The notes beneath the pieces were generated by a model, which searched no databases, had not been told where the DNA came from, and saw only the letters and a list, made by a program, of their open reading frames with translations. The translations under genes were made by a program, and so were the position numbers. Below, one piece after another: positions 28,251 to 38,039 of a stretch of DNA of 64,000 bases. Numbering within the stretch: the stretch's first letter is position 1; each line of letters begins with the position of its first letter. Source of the DNA: Elusimicrobiota bacterium (GTDB lineage: Bacteria > Elusimicrobiota > Elusimicrobia > UBA1565 > JACRDR01); NCBI GenBank assembly GCA_041694815.1, contig JBGFSC010000047.1:32001-96000 (forward strand), written 5' to 3'.

Positions 28251-30006
28251 GGGAGACGCTCCTGGCGGGGCGGGGCTTGGGCTGCGCGGACGGATTGACG
28301 GCGATGAAATCGCCGAGGGCCAACACGTCGAGATGGCCCTGCGAGAAGGCGCGCAACGCGTCGGAGGGCGAGCATACGATGGGCTCCTCGTGCATGTTGA
28401 AGCTGGTGTTGATGAGCACGGACAGCCCGGAACGTTTCTTGTACTCTTGGAGCACCTTAGCCATCGACGGGTTGATCCGCTCCTCGACCACTTGGGGACG
28501 CGCCGTCCCGTCGATATGCACCGTCGCCGGCGCCTCCTTTCTGCAGCGCTCCGTCGTATCGTAGGTGATCGTCATGAACTCGGCGGGATAGGCCGTCTTC
28601 TCGCCGTAACCCTTGAGGTATTTGCCGGCATCCTCCCGCAGCAGTATCGGAGCAAAGGGCATGAACTCGGAGCGCTTGAGCCGGTCGTTGAGCCAGTCAT
28701 TGATGGAGGGATCTGTGCCGTGGCAAAGGATGGAACGGTTGGCCAGCGCCCGAGGACCGTACTCCATCCTTCCAGCCACCCGCGCCACCACCTTCCCGGA
28801 GGCGAGCTGCTCGGCGATCTCCCGCTCCACCTCTGGGGATTTGTGGAACGGAAATGGGTTGCGCCGCAGCTCTTCCTCGATCGCCTTGTCGGAATACTCC
28901 GAACCCAGGTAGACGTCCTTGAGCCGAAAGGGCCTGGCCTTCGCGCCCGCCTTGTTCATCAGCTCTGCGTTATGCCCCAGCGCGGCGCCCAACGGGATCC
29001 CACCGTCGCCCATGTTGGGGTGTATGAAAACGCTCTCTACCCCGTCTATTTCCGCGACCCGCTGGTTGAGCCGCACATTGGCGAAGACGCCTCCCGCCAG
29101 GACCAGATCGTGGATACCCGCGTCGGCGATCATCGTCTTGAGGTAGGCGGTGACCAATTCCTCGAGATGGGCCTGTATCCCCGCGGCGATATCCTCGCGG
29201 CTGAACCCCTTGAGCAGCTTTTTGAGCCTCTCGGTCTCGTGGCGGAAGAATCGACCTTGATTAAAAAACGAGCGCCGACTAGGGTCGTAGCGGATCTCCG
29301 CCTCGAAAATCTTCTTGGTGGCCGCAGGGTCGCCGGCGGCGGCCAAGCCCGTGATCTTGCCCTCGTGCCGGCCGGGGATGAAGCCGCAGAGATAGGTAAC
29401 GTACAGGTAGTAAAAGCCGATCGAATGGAACTCCGGGATCTGGAAGAACGGGGTCATGGCGCCATCCTGGCCCAGGAAGACGCGCGAACAGTAGCCGTCC
29501 CCGGCCCCGTCTACCGTCACGACGAGCGCGCGGTCCTTAGCCCCCGTGTAATAGGCCGAATAGGCGTGCGCCGTGTGATGGTCATGGAAGGAGATCGGCG
29601 CCGAGATGCCGAAGCCGCGACGGATGAGCTCCTCGAAGCCCTCCCAGCGCTTGTTGGGCGCGGCGCGGTAGAGCGCGTTGCATACCTCGATGCCCCACAC
29701 CGTGCCGAACATGTACTTGAGCAGCCCGAGCCGCTCGAAGAAATCGACCGCCTGAAAGCCCTTGGTCTTAAAATCGCCGAGGATGAAATCTTCCCAGGCC
29801 TGATTCTTGCCGGCGATGACCACGTGCTCGACCTCGGACGGCTTGATCCCGGTGTGGCGGAAGGCCTCGGCCAGGCACTTCTCTGGGAAGCCCGCGTAGC
29901 CCTTGACGCGGTTGTAGCGCTCCTCGTTGGCCGCGAAGAGTATGCCCATGCCGTCGACTAACGCGACCCCAGCCTCGTGGCCGAAATGCAGGCCGAGCGT
30001 GATCAT
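28240..30006 (-). CDS. Carbamoyltransferase (NodU/CmcH family)
   Basis: HEAG, EERYNR.K, HHTAHA, VDGAGD, EGKITGLA, GGVFANV, EYGPRAL, HIDGTAR, NTSFNMH. ATGA overlap sets the start. Confidence 0.92.
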   Translation of the reverse strand: MITLGLHFGHEAGVALVDGMGILFAANEERYNRVKGYAGFPEKCLAEAFRHTGIKPSEVEHVVIAGKNQAWEDFILGDFKTKGFQAVDFFERLGLLKYMFGTVWGIEVCNALYRAAPNKRWEGFEELIRRGFGISAPISFHDHHTAHAYSAYYTGAKDRALVVTVDGAGDGYCSRVFLGQDGAMTPFFQIPEFHSIGFYYLYVTYLCGFIPGRHEGKITGLAAAGDPAATKKIFEAEIRYDPSRRSFFNQGRFFRHETERLKKLLKGFSREDIAAGIQAHLEELVTAYLKTMIADAGIHDLVLAGGVFANVRLNQRVAEIDGVESVFIHPNMGDGGIPLGAALGHNAELMNKAGAKARPFRLKDVYLGSEYSDKAIEEELRRNPFPFHKSPEVEREIAEQLASGKVVARVAGRMEYGPRALANRSILCHGTDPSINDWLNDRLKRSEFMPFAPILLREDAGKYLKGYGEKTAYPAEFMTITYDTTERCRKEAPATVHIDGTARPQVVEERINPSMAKVLQEYKKRSGLSVLINTSFNMHEEPIVCSPSDALRAFSQGHLDVLALGDFIAVNPSAQPKPRPARSVSRAV

Positions 30007-31088
30007 TTGTAGTTGGGGCAGCCGACGCACTCCGGTGGCTGCTTGTCGTAGAAGTCCGCCCGGAAGCGTCGGAAGGCCTCCGAATTCCATATCTCCGAGA
30101 ACGGGGTCTCGAAGATGTTGCCCATATTGAGCACCGAGGGGTTGTAGATCGTGCAGCAGGGGGTCACGTAGCCCTCGGCGGTCACCAGAGGGCTGAACCA
30201 GGGAAGCTGGCATTGGCCGAGATCGTTGGAGGACTCGCCGAAGGCCTCGGTGATGATCTCGATGCGACGCCCGACCCTCCACCCGCGCAATTTATCGAGG
30301 AAGGCCTCGACCTCCGGCCGGCTTAGGCAGGACTCGCCGACCACGGCGTCTCCCAGCGTGTTGTTGAGCAGCTGGACGTAGAGCACGTCGACGCCGATCT
30401 GCTCAGAGCGAGCCACGAGATCCTCCATGGCCGGGGCCGTCTCCTTCATGAGTATCGCACGAAAGGAAAGCAGTGGCCTACGCGCGCCGGCCGCGCGGCG
30501 CAACTCCACGAAGCGCGCGACGTTCTCGGCGATCTTCTTGATCGAGGCACCGGCGCGGGTGTAGGCGAATATCTCCTCGTCGAAGCTATTGACCGAGACG
30601 GAGAGGTTCGTCAAGCCGGCCTCGATCATCTCCCGGGACTTGTTCTCGGTCAGGGCGGTGCCGTTGCTGTTGAAATAGGTCGATATGCCGCGCTCAGTGC
30701 AGTAACGGATGATGCGGGCTGTGTCCTTGTTGAGCAGCGGCTCGCCGATACCCTGCACGACCACGTAGACGAGGTTGGGAAATTGATCGAGGACATGCCT
30801 GGCCTGCTCGAAGCTCATGTCCGCCTTCTGGTAGCCGTTGTAGGCCAGGCTGGGGGTCCCGAGAGGGCAGGTATTGCAGGTGAGGTTGCAGCGGTTGGTG
30901 ACCTCCAGAAATAGGCATGGGGGCGAATACCCGACGCTGGGCGGGTGGCGCCGCCGCGCCACCTGCGCCGAAACGCGGGCCAGATTGAGCAGTCCCGACA
31001 CTCCCTGATGCGCGACGACGCGAGTCAGAAGACCCGGACCGACCTGCCGGTCGAGCTTCTCCTTGAGCCGCAGCAGATAGCCGATCAT
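30003..31088 (-). CDS. Radical SAM protein with SPASM/Twitch domain
   Basis: CNLTCNTC, GIGEPLL, C-terminal CQLPW...TPCC...IWNS...CVGC. Confidence 0.9.
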   Translation of the reverse strand: MIGYLLRLKEKLDRQVGPGLLTRVVAHQGVSGLLNLARVSAQVARRRHPPSVGYSPPCLFLEVTNRCNLTCNTCPLGTPSLAYNGYQKADMSFEQARHVLDQFPNLVYVVVQGIGEPLLNKDTARIIRYCTERGISTYFNSNGTALTENKSREMIEAGLTNLSVSVNSFDEEIFAYTRAGASIKKIAENVARFVELRRAAGARRPLLSFRAILMKETAPAMEDLVARSEQIGVDVLYVQLLNNTLGDAVVGESCLSRPEVEAFLDKLRGWRVGRRIEIITEAFGESSNDLGQCQLPWFSPLVTAEGYVTPCCTIYNPSVLNMGNIFETPFSEIWNSEAFRRFRADFYDKQPPECVGCPNYK

Positions 31089-31114
31089 CGACTAATCGGT
31101 ATAGTACCAAATCG

Positions 31115-32758
31115 CTAACGGCGGGGCAGGGCGTAGAGGCGTATCGCGGGGCCGGTGCGCCGCCCACGCTCCGGGAAGAACTCGGCCAGAAGCCGTCCCT
31201 GGCGCTCGAGCCCCCCGACGAAAGCGAAGAATTCCGATAGGCCCCAAGCCCCGAAGCCCGTAAGCGCCACGTACTCGACTCCAGCCTTTTTGGCCGCCGC
31301 GAGGCCGCCACGCACGTCGAGCACCGGCTGCGCCGCCGCCGAGAAGGCGGCGTGGCCGGGATAGGAACGCAGGTCCCGGTAATCACGCGCGACGCGGTAT
31401 ATGTCGTAACCCCCACCCGGATGCCCCGCCAGCATCATCTCGTAAAGCTTCTTCTTCGGATGGCCCGCGCGCGCGGTCTGCTCGAGCAGGCGCTCGAGCA
31501 TCGCACGGCTGAGGGGCAGGCGGGGCGAGGCGTGCTCCTGGTCGAGCAGTAGCACCGACGGCTGGGGGATATGCTCGAGCATCCAGGCGGCCGAGAGCGT
31601 TCTCGTGTCGGGGAGAAGCAACACCCGGTCGAAGGCCGCGCTGGCCCAAAACCCAGGCAGGGACGCGGCGAGCGCGACGGCTGCCGGCCACAGGCGATGC
31701 CGGGTCCAGGAAGGGCCGCGCGCCGCCCAGGACAGGACGGCGTCGACGCCCGCGGAGGCGGCGAAAGCGAGCCCGCCGAAGCAGGCGATGAGATACCGGA
31801 GCCAGGAACCGTCCGGCGAGCCAGAAAGCGCCAGCACGAAGGCGCCGATCGGCAGCAGCACGAGCAAGGCCCATTCGCGGCGCGCGCGCAGCATGGTCAG
31901 GACGCCGAGCAATAAAAGCGCTCCGCCCGTCGGCCAAGGCCCGGAAAAGAGCCATATATTGCGCAGCACCGTCTTGGCCCCCACCGGCTCTCCGACGCGG
32001 CCTAACGCCATCATATCCTCCACGGCGAGGCGGAAGGCCGGGAAATCAAGGAACAGGTAGGGAGAACCGATGAAAAGCGCCGCCGCGAGAAAACCATAGG
32101 CCGCGGCCAGGTCACGGAATTTGGCGGCCCCGGCGCGCAGCCGCCGCGACAGGAATGCCGCCAGGGGCAGCGCCCCCAACGGCAGGGCGGTGTATTGCGT
32201 CGCGAAGCAGAAGCCGACGAAAGCCCCGCATAGCCACAGGTCCCGCCGCTTTCCGTCGAGGACGAAGCGCAGCGCGAAGGCCCAAGCGCAGGCCGACAGG
32301 AAAAAGAGCATCGACTCCGGCTTGCTCGCGTGCGCCGCCTCCACCAGCACCGGCGCGGCGGCCAGGAGCGCTGCCGCCGTCCACGCCGCGGTCCGGCCCC
32401 AGGCGCGGCGGCAGCTTGAATAGACGACGGCGATGGCCGCCACGGAAAACGAGGCGGCGAGCACACGCCCGATCAGCACGAAGGAACCCGGATCCCAGGC
32501 GAACAGGACGCCGAAATCCCGCACGCTCCTGAGGAGACCAAGGCCGGACCAGATTAGGTAGTAGATGCCGTAGGCGGCGAATAGCACGTACATCCACAAC
32601 GTCGGATACTTGAAGAGATGGGGATGGAGGTTGCCGCCGCCGAAGGATACCGCGATGCTGACGAAATGGGGCTCGTCGGCGTTAAAAATCGCGGGAAGGC
32701 CGTAATGGATCGCCGTCAGGCGCAGCGCTGCCGCGACGGCGAGGATCGCCCAAAACAT
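31115..32758 (-). CDS. GT-C-fold (family 39-like) membrane glycosyltransferase
   Basis: LRL..YGLP, ADEPH, FKYP, KPE, TQY, DTR motif. Start reassigned to MFWAIL. Confidence 0.75.
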   Translation of the reverse strand: MFWAILAVAAALRLTAIHYGLPAIFNADEPHFVSIAVSFGGGNLHPHLFKYPTLWMYVLFAAYGIYYLIWSGLGLLRSVRDFGVLFAWDPGSFVLIGRVLAASFSVAAIAVVYSSCRRAWGRTAAWTAAALLAAAPVLVEAAHASKPESMLFFLSACAWAFALRFVLDGKRRDLWLCGAFVGFCFATQYTALPLGALPLAAFLSRRLRAGAAKFRDLAAAYGFLAAALFIGSPYLFLDFPAFRLAVEDMMALGRVGEPVGAKTVLRNIWLFSGPWPTGGALLLLGVLTMLRARREWALLVLLPIGAFVLALSGSPDGSWLRYLIACFGGLAFAASAGVDAVLSWAARGPSWTRHRLWPAAVALAASLPGFWASAAFDRVLLLPDTRTLSAAWMLEHIPQPSVLLLDQEHASPRLPLSRAMLERLLEQTARAGHPKKKLYEMMLAGHPGGGYDIYRVARDYRDLRSYPGHAAFSAAAQPVLDVRGGLAAAKKAGVEYVALTGFGAWGLSEFFAFVGGLERQGRLLAEFFPERGRRTGPAIRLYALPRR

Positions 32759-32783
32759 GAAGACGTTATTATACAATTTGCCC
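32759..32783. promoter_or_regulatory. Overlapping divergent -10 elements (TATAAT minus strand, TACAAT plus strand)
   Basis: AT-rich 25 bp gap. ATTATA at 32768-32773 and TACAAT at 32772-32777 lie 6-9 nt from the two start codons. No SD. Confidence 0.55.
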
Positions 32784-34064
32784 GTGCAACGCCTGGCGGC
32801 GGCCGCCGCGCGCATCCCCGAGACGGCCTCTTTCGCCCTGGCCCTGATCCTGCGGCTGGCCTTCGCGGCGGCGTTGGGGCATCGCCTCTATCAGATCGAC
32901 GAAGGCGCCTTCGACGCGGCCGCGAGAAGCTTGGCGGCCTCGGGAACCCTCGGCCCTACGCCGACGGTGCTCGCCCCGCTGCCCCCTCTTTTCTTCTCGC
33001 TTTTCTATCGGCTCGCCTCGACCCCCCTGGCCCCCCGCCTGGCCCAAGCCGCGCTCGGGGCGCTGTTCGTGCTCTTGCTGGGCCGGGCGGTCCGGGACAT
33101 CTCCCGCTCCGAGGCGGCGGGGAGAATCGCCGCGGCGCTCGCCGCTATCTACCCCTTTTACGTCTACTATTGCGGGATGCTCATGAGCGAGACCCTTTAT
33201 CTTTTCTTCTCGGTCGCCGGGCTCTGGGCCTTCTGCCGCCTGCTGCGCGGCGGCGGGAGGATGCTCGACGCCTTGGGGGCGGGAGGCGGGCTGGCGGCGG
33301 CTGCCCTCTGCCGCACCGAGGCTGCGCCGATCGCGGTACTCGTGTTCGCCGCGGCCGCGGGATTCTGCGCGCGGCGCCTGCTTTCCCGCAGGCTTTGGGC
33401 CGCGGCGCTTTTCGCCTGGCTGCTGCCGCTGTCCTTATGGTGCGCCCGAAACCGCGCCGAAACCGGGAGATTCACGCTCGATACGCACGGAGGCATCACG
33501 CTGCTGCACGGCACGCTGCTCTTCGAGCATAATGAGATCGATACCGAGGAAGCCATGCGGATTTTTCGCCAAACACCCTTATACCAGGCGACGCGCGGAC
33601 TGCCCGAGGCTGATCAGGACGCGGCCTTCCGGCGCGCGGCTTTCGAGCATATGCTCGAGAACCCGCGCCGCACCCTGGGCCAGTGGGCACGCAAAAGCGT
33701 GAGTTTCTGGCGCTTCTACCCGCGCGTGGATAAGGCCTACGCCCAAAGCCCCACCAGCAAACCGGACATGGGGCTGGGCCGCTGGGCCTTGGTGGCCGTC
33801 AGCCTACTTTTTGAGCCCTGGCTGATATTGCTGGGGGCCTTCGGCTTCTGGGCCCGCGGCCGGAAGGCGGAGTGGCTGCCTTTGTGGCTGTTCGTGCTGG
33901 CCACGATGGGCATACACGTGCTCAGCGTCAGTCAGATGCGTTACCGGCTGGCGGTGACACCCTGGTTGATGCTCGCCTGCGCTACCATGGCCACCAGCGC
34001 TCCCGGCGCGCGGGAGTCGCCAGGGCCGAGTGGAGCGCATCAAGAACGGAAGAGATCTTGGTGA
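32784..34064 (+). CDS. GT-C-fold membrane glycosyltransferase
   Basis: IDEGAF, LMSETL, LCR, WCARN, MRYRL. Start GTG 32784 (alternative ATG 32757). Confidence 0.72.
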   Translation: MQRLAAAAARIPETASFALALILRLAFAAALGHRLYQIDEGAFDAAARSLAASGTLGPTPTVLAPLPPLFFSLFYRLASTPLAPRLAQAALGALFVLLLGRAVRDISRSEAAGRIAAALAAIYPFYVYYCGMLMSETLYLFFSVAGLWAFCRLLRGGGRMLDALGAGGGLAAAALCRTEAAPIAVLVFAAAAGFCARRLLSRRLWAAALFAWLLPLSLWCARNRAETGRFTLDTHGGITLLHGTLLFEHNEIDTEEAMRIFRQTPLYQATRGLPEADQDAAFRRAAFEHMLENPRRTLGQWARKSVSFWRFYPRVDKAYAQSPTSKPDMGLGRWALVAVSLLFEPWLILLGAFGFWARGRKAEWLPLWLFVLATMGIHVLSVSQMRYRLAVTPWLMLACATMATSAPGARESPGPSGAHQERKRSW

Positions 34065-34980
34065 CATCCTCTCCCCGACATCCGTCCTGGGGACAGACCT
34101 TCGACACCATGCAATCGCTGTTGGCATAGCGGTAATCGGGCTCACCGCGCACAAGGACTCCTTCGATCTGCAGCGTCCTGGCGTTGAATACGGCGCTGCC
34201 TGAGTTGCCGTGATAGGTATCCAGATCGGTGACAAAATATCCCCGCGGGGAGGAGTCCCGCACGGAGGCGCCTCCCGATACCTTGGTCGGGATGCCGGAA
34301 GGATGGCCGATGACGAGCAGGGGCGTCCCGTTTTCGATATGCCCGGTTTCGTTGACTCCGAGAGGCGCATGACCCTTCACGGGACGGTCCAAACGAACGA
34401 GCGCCCAATCGGACCCGTCCTCATAGATTCCCGTAAGATAATCGTACTCGTCCCTGCCGTACTGGGGGAAACGGGTGCTGACCAGCCCGGCGCAGCCGTA
34501 GACCTCGCTCAACGGCACGGCCAGAGGGGCGTACCCCCTCTTTTTGATTTCGAAGCCGAACACGAATTTCGTGCGATAGCAGCTGTCTTGCGTCGGCACG
34601 CAATGGCCCGCCGTCAGCACCAGGTCCGGCCCGACCAGCGCGCCGGAGCAGAACGCCCCCGTCGGCTGGTCGAAAAACGGCTCCTCCGAGCATAGCCTGA
34701 ATTCATGCCCGAAGACGTCCGTCTTAAGGAAAGCCCAAAAATCGCCCGGGATCATGGGACTCGAGAATCGGCGCGGGCGTCTCTGCGTCACGTTATCGGC
34801 GTTGAATAAGGCGACCGTCGAATCCGCCAGCCTTCGGATTTCTGGGTCGTCGATCTCGTAGAGGTCCTTGCGGTCATCCTGCCCGTAAATGACGGGCGGC
34901 GGCCTTTTCGGCTCCGAAAGCTCCTGCGCCGAAGCCCCGAAGTCCATCATAAACGCTAATGCCGCAAACAAGGTTCTCAT
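33982..34980 (-). CDS. Secreted trypsin-like (S1/PA clan) serine protease, copy 4 in transcription order
   Basis: Signal peptide, VIYGQDDR, TAGHC, DWALVRL, GNSGS. Confidence 0.9.
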   Translation of the reverse strand: MRTLFAALAFMMDFGASAQELSEPKRPPPVIYGQDDRKDLYEIDDPEIRRLADSTVALFNADNVTQRRPRRFSSPMIPGDFWAFLKTDVFGHEFRLCSEEPFFDQPTGAFCSGALVGPDLVLTAGHCVPTQDSCYRTKFVFGFEIKKRGYAPLAVPLSEVYGCAGLVSTRFPQYGRDEYDYLTGIYEDGSDWALVRLDRPVKGHAPLGVNETGHIENGTPLLVIGHPSGIPTKVSGGASVRDSSPRGYFVTDLDTYHGNSGSAVFNARTLQIEGVLVRGEPDYRYANSDCMVSKVCPQDGCRGEDVTKISSVLDALHSALATPARRERWWPW

Positions 34981-34981
34981 A

Positions 34982-36001
34982 TCAATCACACATGAGCGCC
35001 TGACCCGTCTCGCAATCGTGATGACAGCCATGGGCGAAATAGGTCTTCGAACCCTCCAGGCACATACGCGGCAGGCCGAGCGCCTCGATGGCCCCCAGCC
35101 GAACCACCCCGATGCCAGTCCCGCCATCCGGGTCGTAGGCCTTGAAGGTCCAGCAGTCCCTGCCGGCGTCATACGCGTAATCGCCGTCGTAGCTAAACGA
35201 GATAATCCCCTCGATTAAACCCGTATTCCGGTTGAACACCCCGCTGCCCGAGTTTCCGTGAAAAGCATCGATCGCCGCCATGAAATGGTTTACTGGGCTG
35301 TCGTCTCGCACCGCTCCATTGTCGGCGATCTTGGTGGGCAGGCCCGAGGGATGGCCGATGACGACGAGCGGCGTGCCGACCGGGATATGCGCGCTGACGT
35401 TCATGCCGATCGGCTCATGGCCTGCGACGGGCCGATCCAAGCGTATGAGCGCGTAATCCTTCTTGACGGCCCAGTCCATTTGGCGCTCGACCAGCTCGGC
35501 GCAATCGTACACCTCCTCGGTCGGCGCGGTCGAGGGGTATTCCCCTTCGCGCCTGACCGCGAAGCCGAATACGAATTTGGTGGCTGCGCATTCCTCCTGG
35601 TCGCGGACGCAATGGCCCGCGGTCAGGATCCGGTCCGGGGCGATCAAGAAACCCGAGCAGAACGGCCCCAGGGGTTGGTCGTAGAAGCGCTCTCCCTGGC
35701 AAAGGGGGTGCCCTTCCCACAACGGAAGCTGATCGTCGGCCGGCAGGTCGGGGTTGAAAACGGGCATGTAAAGCGTAGCCGCGCTGTAGAGCTCCGTCTT
35801 GAGCGCCCACCCACCCTCGATCGGCATCAATTCCTCGGCATCGAAAAGCCCCACCGTGGAGTCGGCCAAGCGCAGCAGCATGGGGTCACGGACTTCATAT
35901 AGGTCCTTGCGATCGTCGACCCCGTAAATCACCTTGGGGGGCCTGGCTTGCGCCGAGGCGGCCAGAATCGCGAGCGCCCCGAGCGCTCCGAAAACCCTCA
36001 C
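34982..36001 (-). CDS. Secreted trypsin-like serine protease, copy 3
   Basis: Signal peptide, VIYGVDDR, TAGHC, DYALIRL, GNSGS. GTGA overlap sets the start. Cys/His-rich tail. Confidence 0.9.
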   Translation of the reverse strand: MRVFGALGALAILAASAQARPPKVIYGVDDRKDLYEVRDPMLLRLADSTVGLFDAEELMPIEGGWALKTELYSAATLYMPVFNPDLPADDQLPLWEGHPLCQGERFYDQPLGPFCSGFLIAPDRILTAGHCVRDQEECAATKFVFGFAVRREGEYPSTAPTEEVYDCAELVERQMDWAVKKDYALIRLDRPVAGHEPIGMNVSAHIPVGTPLVVIGHPSGLPTKIADNGAVRDDSPVNHFMAAIDAFHGNSGSGVFNRNTGLIEGIISFSYDGDYAYDAGRDCWTFKAYDPDGGTGIGVVRLGAIEALGLPRMCLEGSKTYFAHGCHHDCETGQALMCD

Positions 36002-36912
36002 CACGGCCCCCGATGCGGCCACGGCGGGCTCTGGGGCCATAAGGCGCTGACGGTGGAAGCCCGATTGACCCCGATACCCGAACCCTCCCCCGGCCCGTAC
36101 ACCTTCGCCGCGTAGCACTCGCGGTATTCGTCGAACTCGTAATCGTTGTCGTAGCTAAACGAGATGATACCCTCGATCCAACCCGTGTCGCGGTTGATGA
36201 CGGGGCTGCCGGAATTCCCGTGGAAGGCGTCGACATCCGCCAAAAAATAGCTCGAGATCCCATAGCCCGGCCGCGCGACGCGTACCGTCCCGTTCTCGGC
36301 CACCTTCGCCGGCAGGCCCGAGGGATGGCCGATGACCACCAGTCGAGCGTCGTCCGGTACCACGCCGCCGAGATTAGTCGACAACGACTCACGACCTTGG
36401 ACGCGCCGGTCCAAGCGCACCAGGGCCCAATCGGCCGATTGCACCTCGCTGAAGGCGTGGTCGATGAGCTCCGCGCAACGATACACCTCGGAGCTGGGGA
36501 ACTCGGTGGGATACTCGCCCGCCCGCTTCACGTGGAAGCCGAAGACGAATCTCAGTCCGTCACAGACCGTCTGGGAAGGAACACAATGCCCGGCCGTCAA
36601 AACCAGGGCGGGACCGACCAGCGCCCCGGAGCAATAGGAAGCCGAGGGTTGCTGGTAGAAACGCTCCTTTTGGCATAGGAAGCGCGCGTCTCCGTAGCGA
36701 GTGGCGGTGAAGCCCCAAGCCCCGTCCGGCTTCTGGGTCAAGGCGTCCGCTTGGAAAAGGGCCACGGTCGAGTCCGCCCAGCGCAGGATGCGCGGGTCGC
36801 GGACCTGATACAAATCGAGCCGATCATCCTGTCCGTAAATGACAGGCGGCGGCCCCTTGGGCTCGGCCTCAAGCGGAGCGGCAATAAGGCCCAGCAGCCA
36901 AAGGGGGTTCAT
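35998..36912 (-). CDS. Secreted trypsin-like serine protease, copy 2
   Basis: Signal peptide, VIYGQDDR, TAGHC, DWALVRL, GNSGS. Confidence 0.9.
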   Translation of the reverse strand: MNPLWLLGLIAAPLEAEPKGPPPVIYGQDDRLDLYQVRDPRILRWADSTVALFQADALTQKPDGAWGFTATRYGDARFLCQKERFYQQPSASYCSGALVGPALVLTAGHCVPSQTVCDGLRFVFGFHVKRAGEYPTEFPSSEVYRCAELIDHAFSEVQSADWALVRLDRRVQGRESLSTNLGGVVPDDARLVVIGHPSGLPAKVAENGTVRVARPGYGISSYFLADVDAFHGNSGSPVINRDTGWIEGIISFSYDNDYEFDEYRECYAAKVYGPGEGSGIGVNRASTVSALWPQSPPWPHRGPW

Positions 36913-37979
36913 CGGGGCCGCCCTCGCTGGAAAATCGGGTCGTCGGGGTCGGGTATATAGGGTGCGACAGCAGCGATCTTCGTGGCCCCTTCGCCGCTGC
37001 AGCCGTTTAGGGCACAGGTCTTGACCCGGGCGCAGCGGTCCTCGCCGTACGGGTAGTCATAATCCGACTCACCGTCGACCAAAATTCCCTCCACCTCGAG
37101 CGTCCGGGCGTTGAGGACAGGGCTGCCGGAATTGCCGTGGAAGCTGTCGAGGGTGGTCGTGAAGCGGTTTAGGTCCTGCACGTCCCGTGCGACAGCGTTG
37201 CCGGCGATCTTGGTCGGCAGGCCAGCCGGATGGCCGATGATGAGTATGGGGGCTCCGGGTTCGATGTAACCCGTCCGGTTGATCCTCAGCGGCGCATGGT
37301 CCGGGACCGAGCGGTCCAGGCGGATCAGCGCCCAGTCGGGCAGGGATGCCGGCTGGGGCGGCGTGGGGTCGGGATACGGCTCTATCTTGCGGCGTGTCGG
37401 GCTGTAGGTCCCGCCGCCGAAGCCGCCGCCAGTGACCGGGCCTTCCACATAACCGCGCGCGACGACGGAGCGGCAGGCGTAGACCTGGTCGCCCGGCGCG
37501 CCGCGGGGGTATTCCCCCTCCTTCTTAACGCTGAACCCGAATACGAAACGGATCATCTCGCAGGCCGCTTCGGAGGCGACGCAATGCCCCGCCGTCAGTA
37601 CCAGGTCCGGGGCCACGAGAAAGCCGGAGCAGAAGGGACCCACCGGCTGATCGGCAAAGCGCTCCCCTTCGCAGAGGAAGGCGTAATCCCGATATACGCG
37701 CGTATCTAGGTCGAACCAGTCGACGTAACCTGGGTCCAGGCGCGGGGTGCGGTCATCGGCGGGCGCCTTCCAGCGGCGCACGTTATAGGTCCAAAAAAGC
37801 CCGACCGTCGAATCCGCCAGGCGGCGAAGCGCCGGGTCTTCTATTTCGTAAAGGTCTTTACGATCGTCTTGCCCGTATATGGTCGGCCCGGGCCGGGACG
37901 GCGGGGCCCCGGTCGGGGCGCTATATAAAGGAGAGCCTGCCAATAAAAAGGCTAGCGCGCGCAGGATAGGGGGGGGCAC
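36909..37979 (-). CDS. Secreted trypsin-like serine protease, copy 1
   Basis: Signal peptide, TIYGQDDR, TAGHC, DWALIRL, GNSGS; Gly/Pro-rich insertion before the catalytic Asp. Confidence 0.9.
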   Translation of the reverse strand: MPPPILRALAFLLAGSPLYSAPTGAPPSRPGPTIYGQDDRKDLYEIEDPALRRLADSTVGLFWTYNVRRWKAPADDRTPRLDPGYVDWFDLDTRVYRDYAFLCEGERFADQPVGPFCSGFLVAPDLVLTAGHCVASEAACEMIRFVFGFSVKKEGEYPRGAPGDQVYACRSVVARGYVEGPVTGGGFGGGTYSPTRRKIEPYPDPTPPQPASLPDWALIRLDRSVPDHAPLRINRTGYIEPGAPILIIGHPAGLPTKIAGNAVARDVQDLNRFTTTLDSFHGNSGSPVLNARTLEVEGILVDGESDYDYPYGEDRCARVKTCALNGCSGEGATKIAAVAPYIPDPDDPIFQRGRPR

Positions 37980-38039
37980 CTCCCGAGTATAGACCCGGTT
38001 CCGCTATGGCGCAAGGCCCATTCTCGCGAGAAACCTAGA

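Noticed and set aside
28162..29961. 599 aa plus-strand ORF
   Set aside because: Antisense shadow of the carbamoyltransferase. No motifs; expected in high-GC DNA.
37969..37976. G8/C8 tract just after the first protease start (another at 51802-51809) as a phase-variation switch
   Set aside because: Eight bases is short for a high-GC genome, the genes are in frame, and there are no read data on length variation.
33982..37979. Repeated DNA among protease genes as a DGR or repeat array
   Set aside because: Similarity follows conserved protein motifs. No reverse transcriptase and no adenine-specific template/variable pair was seen.
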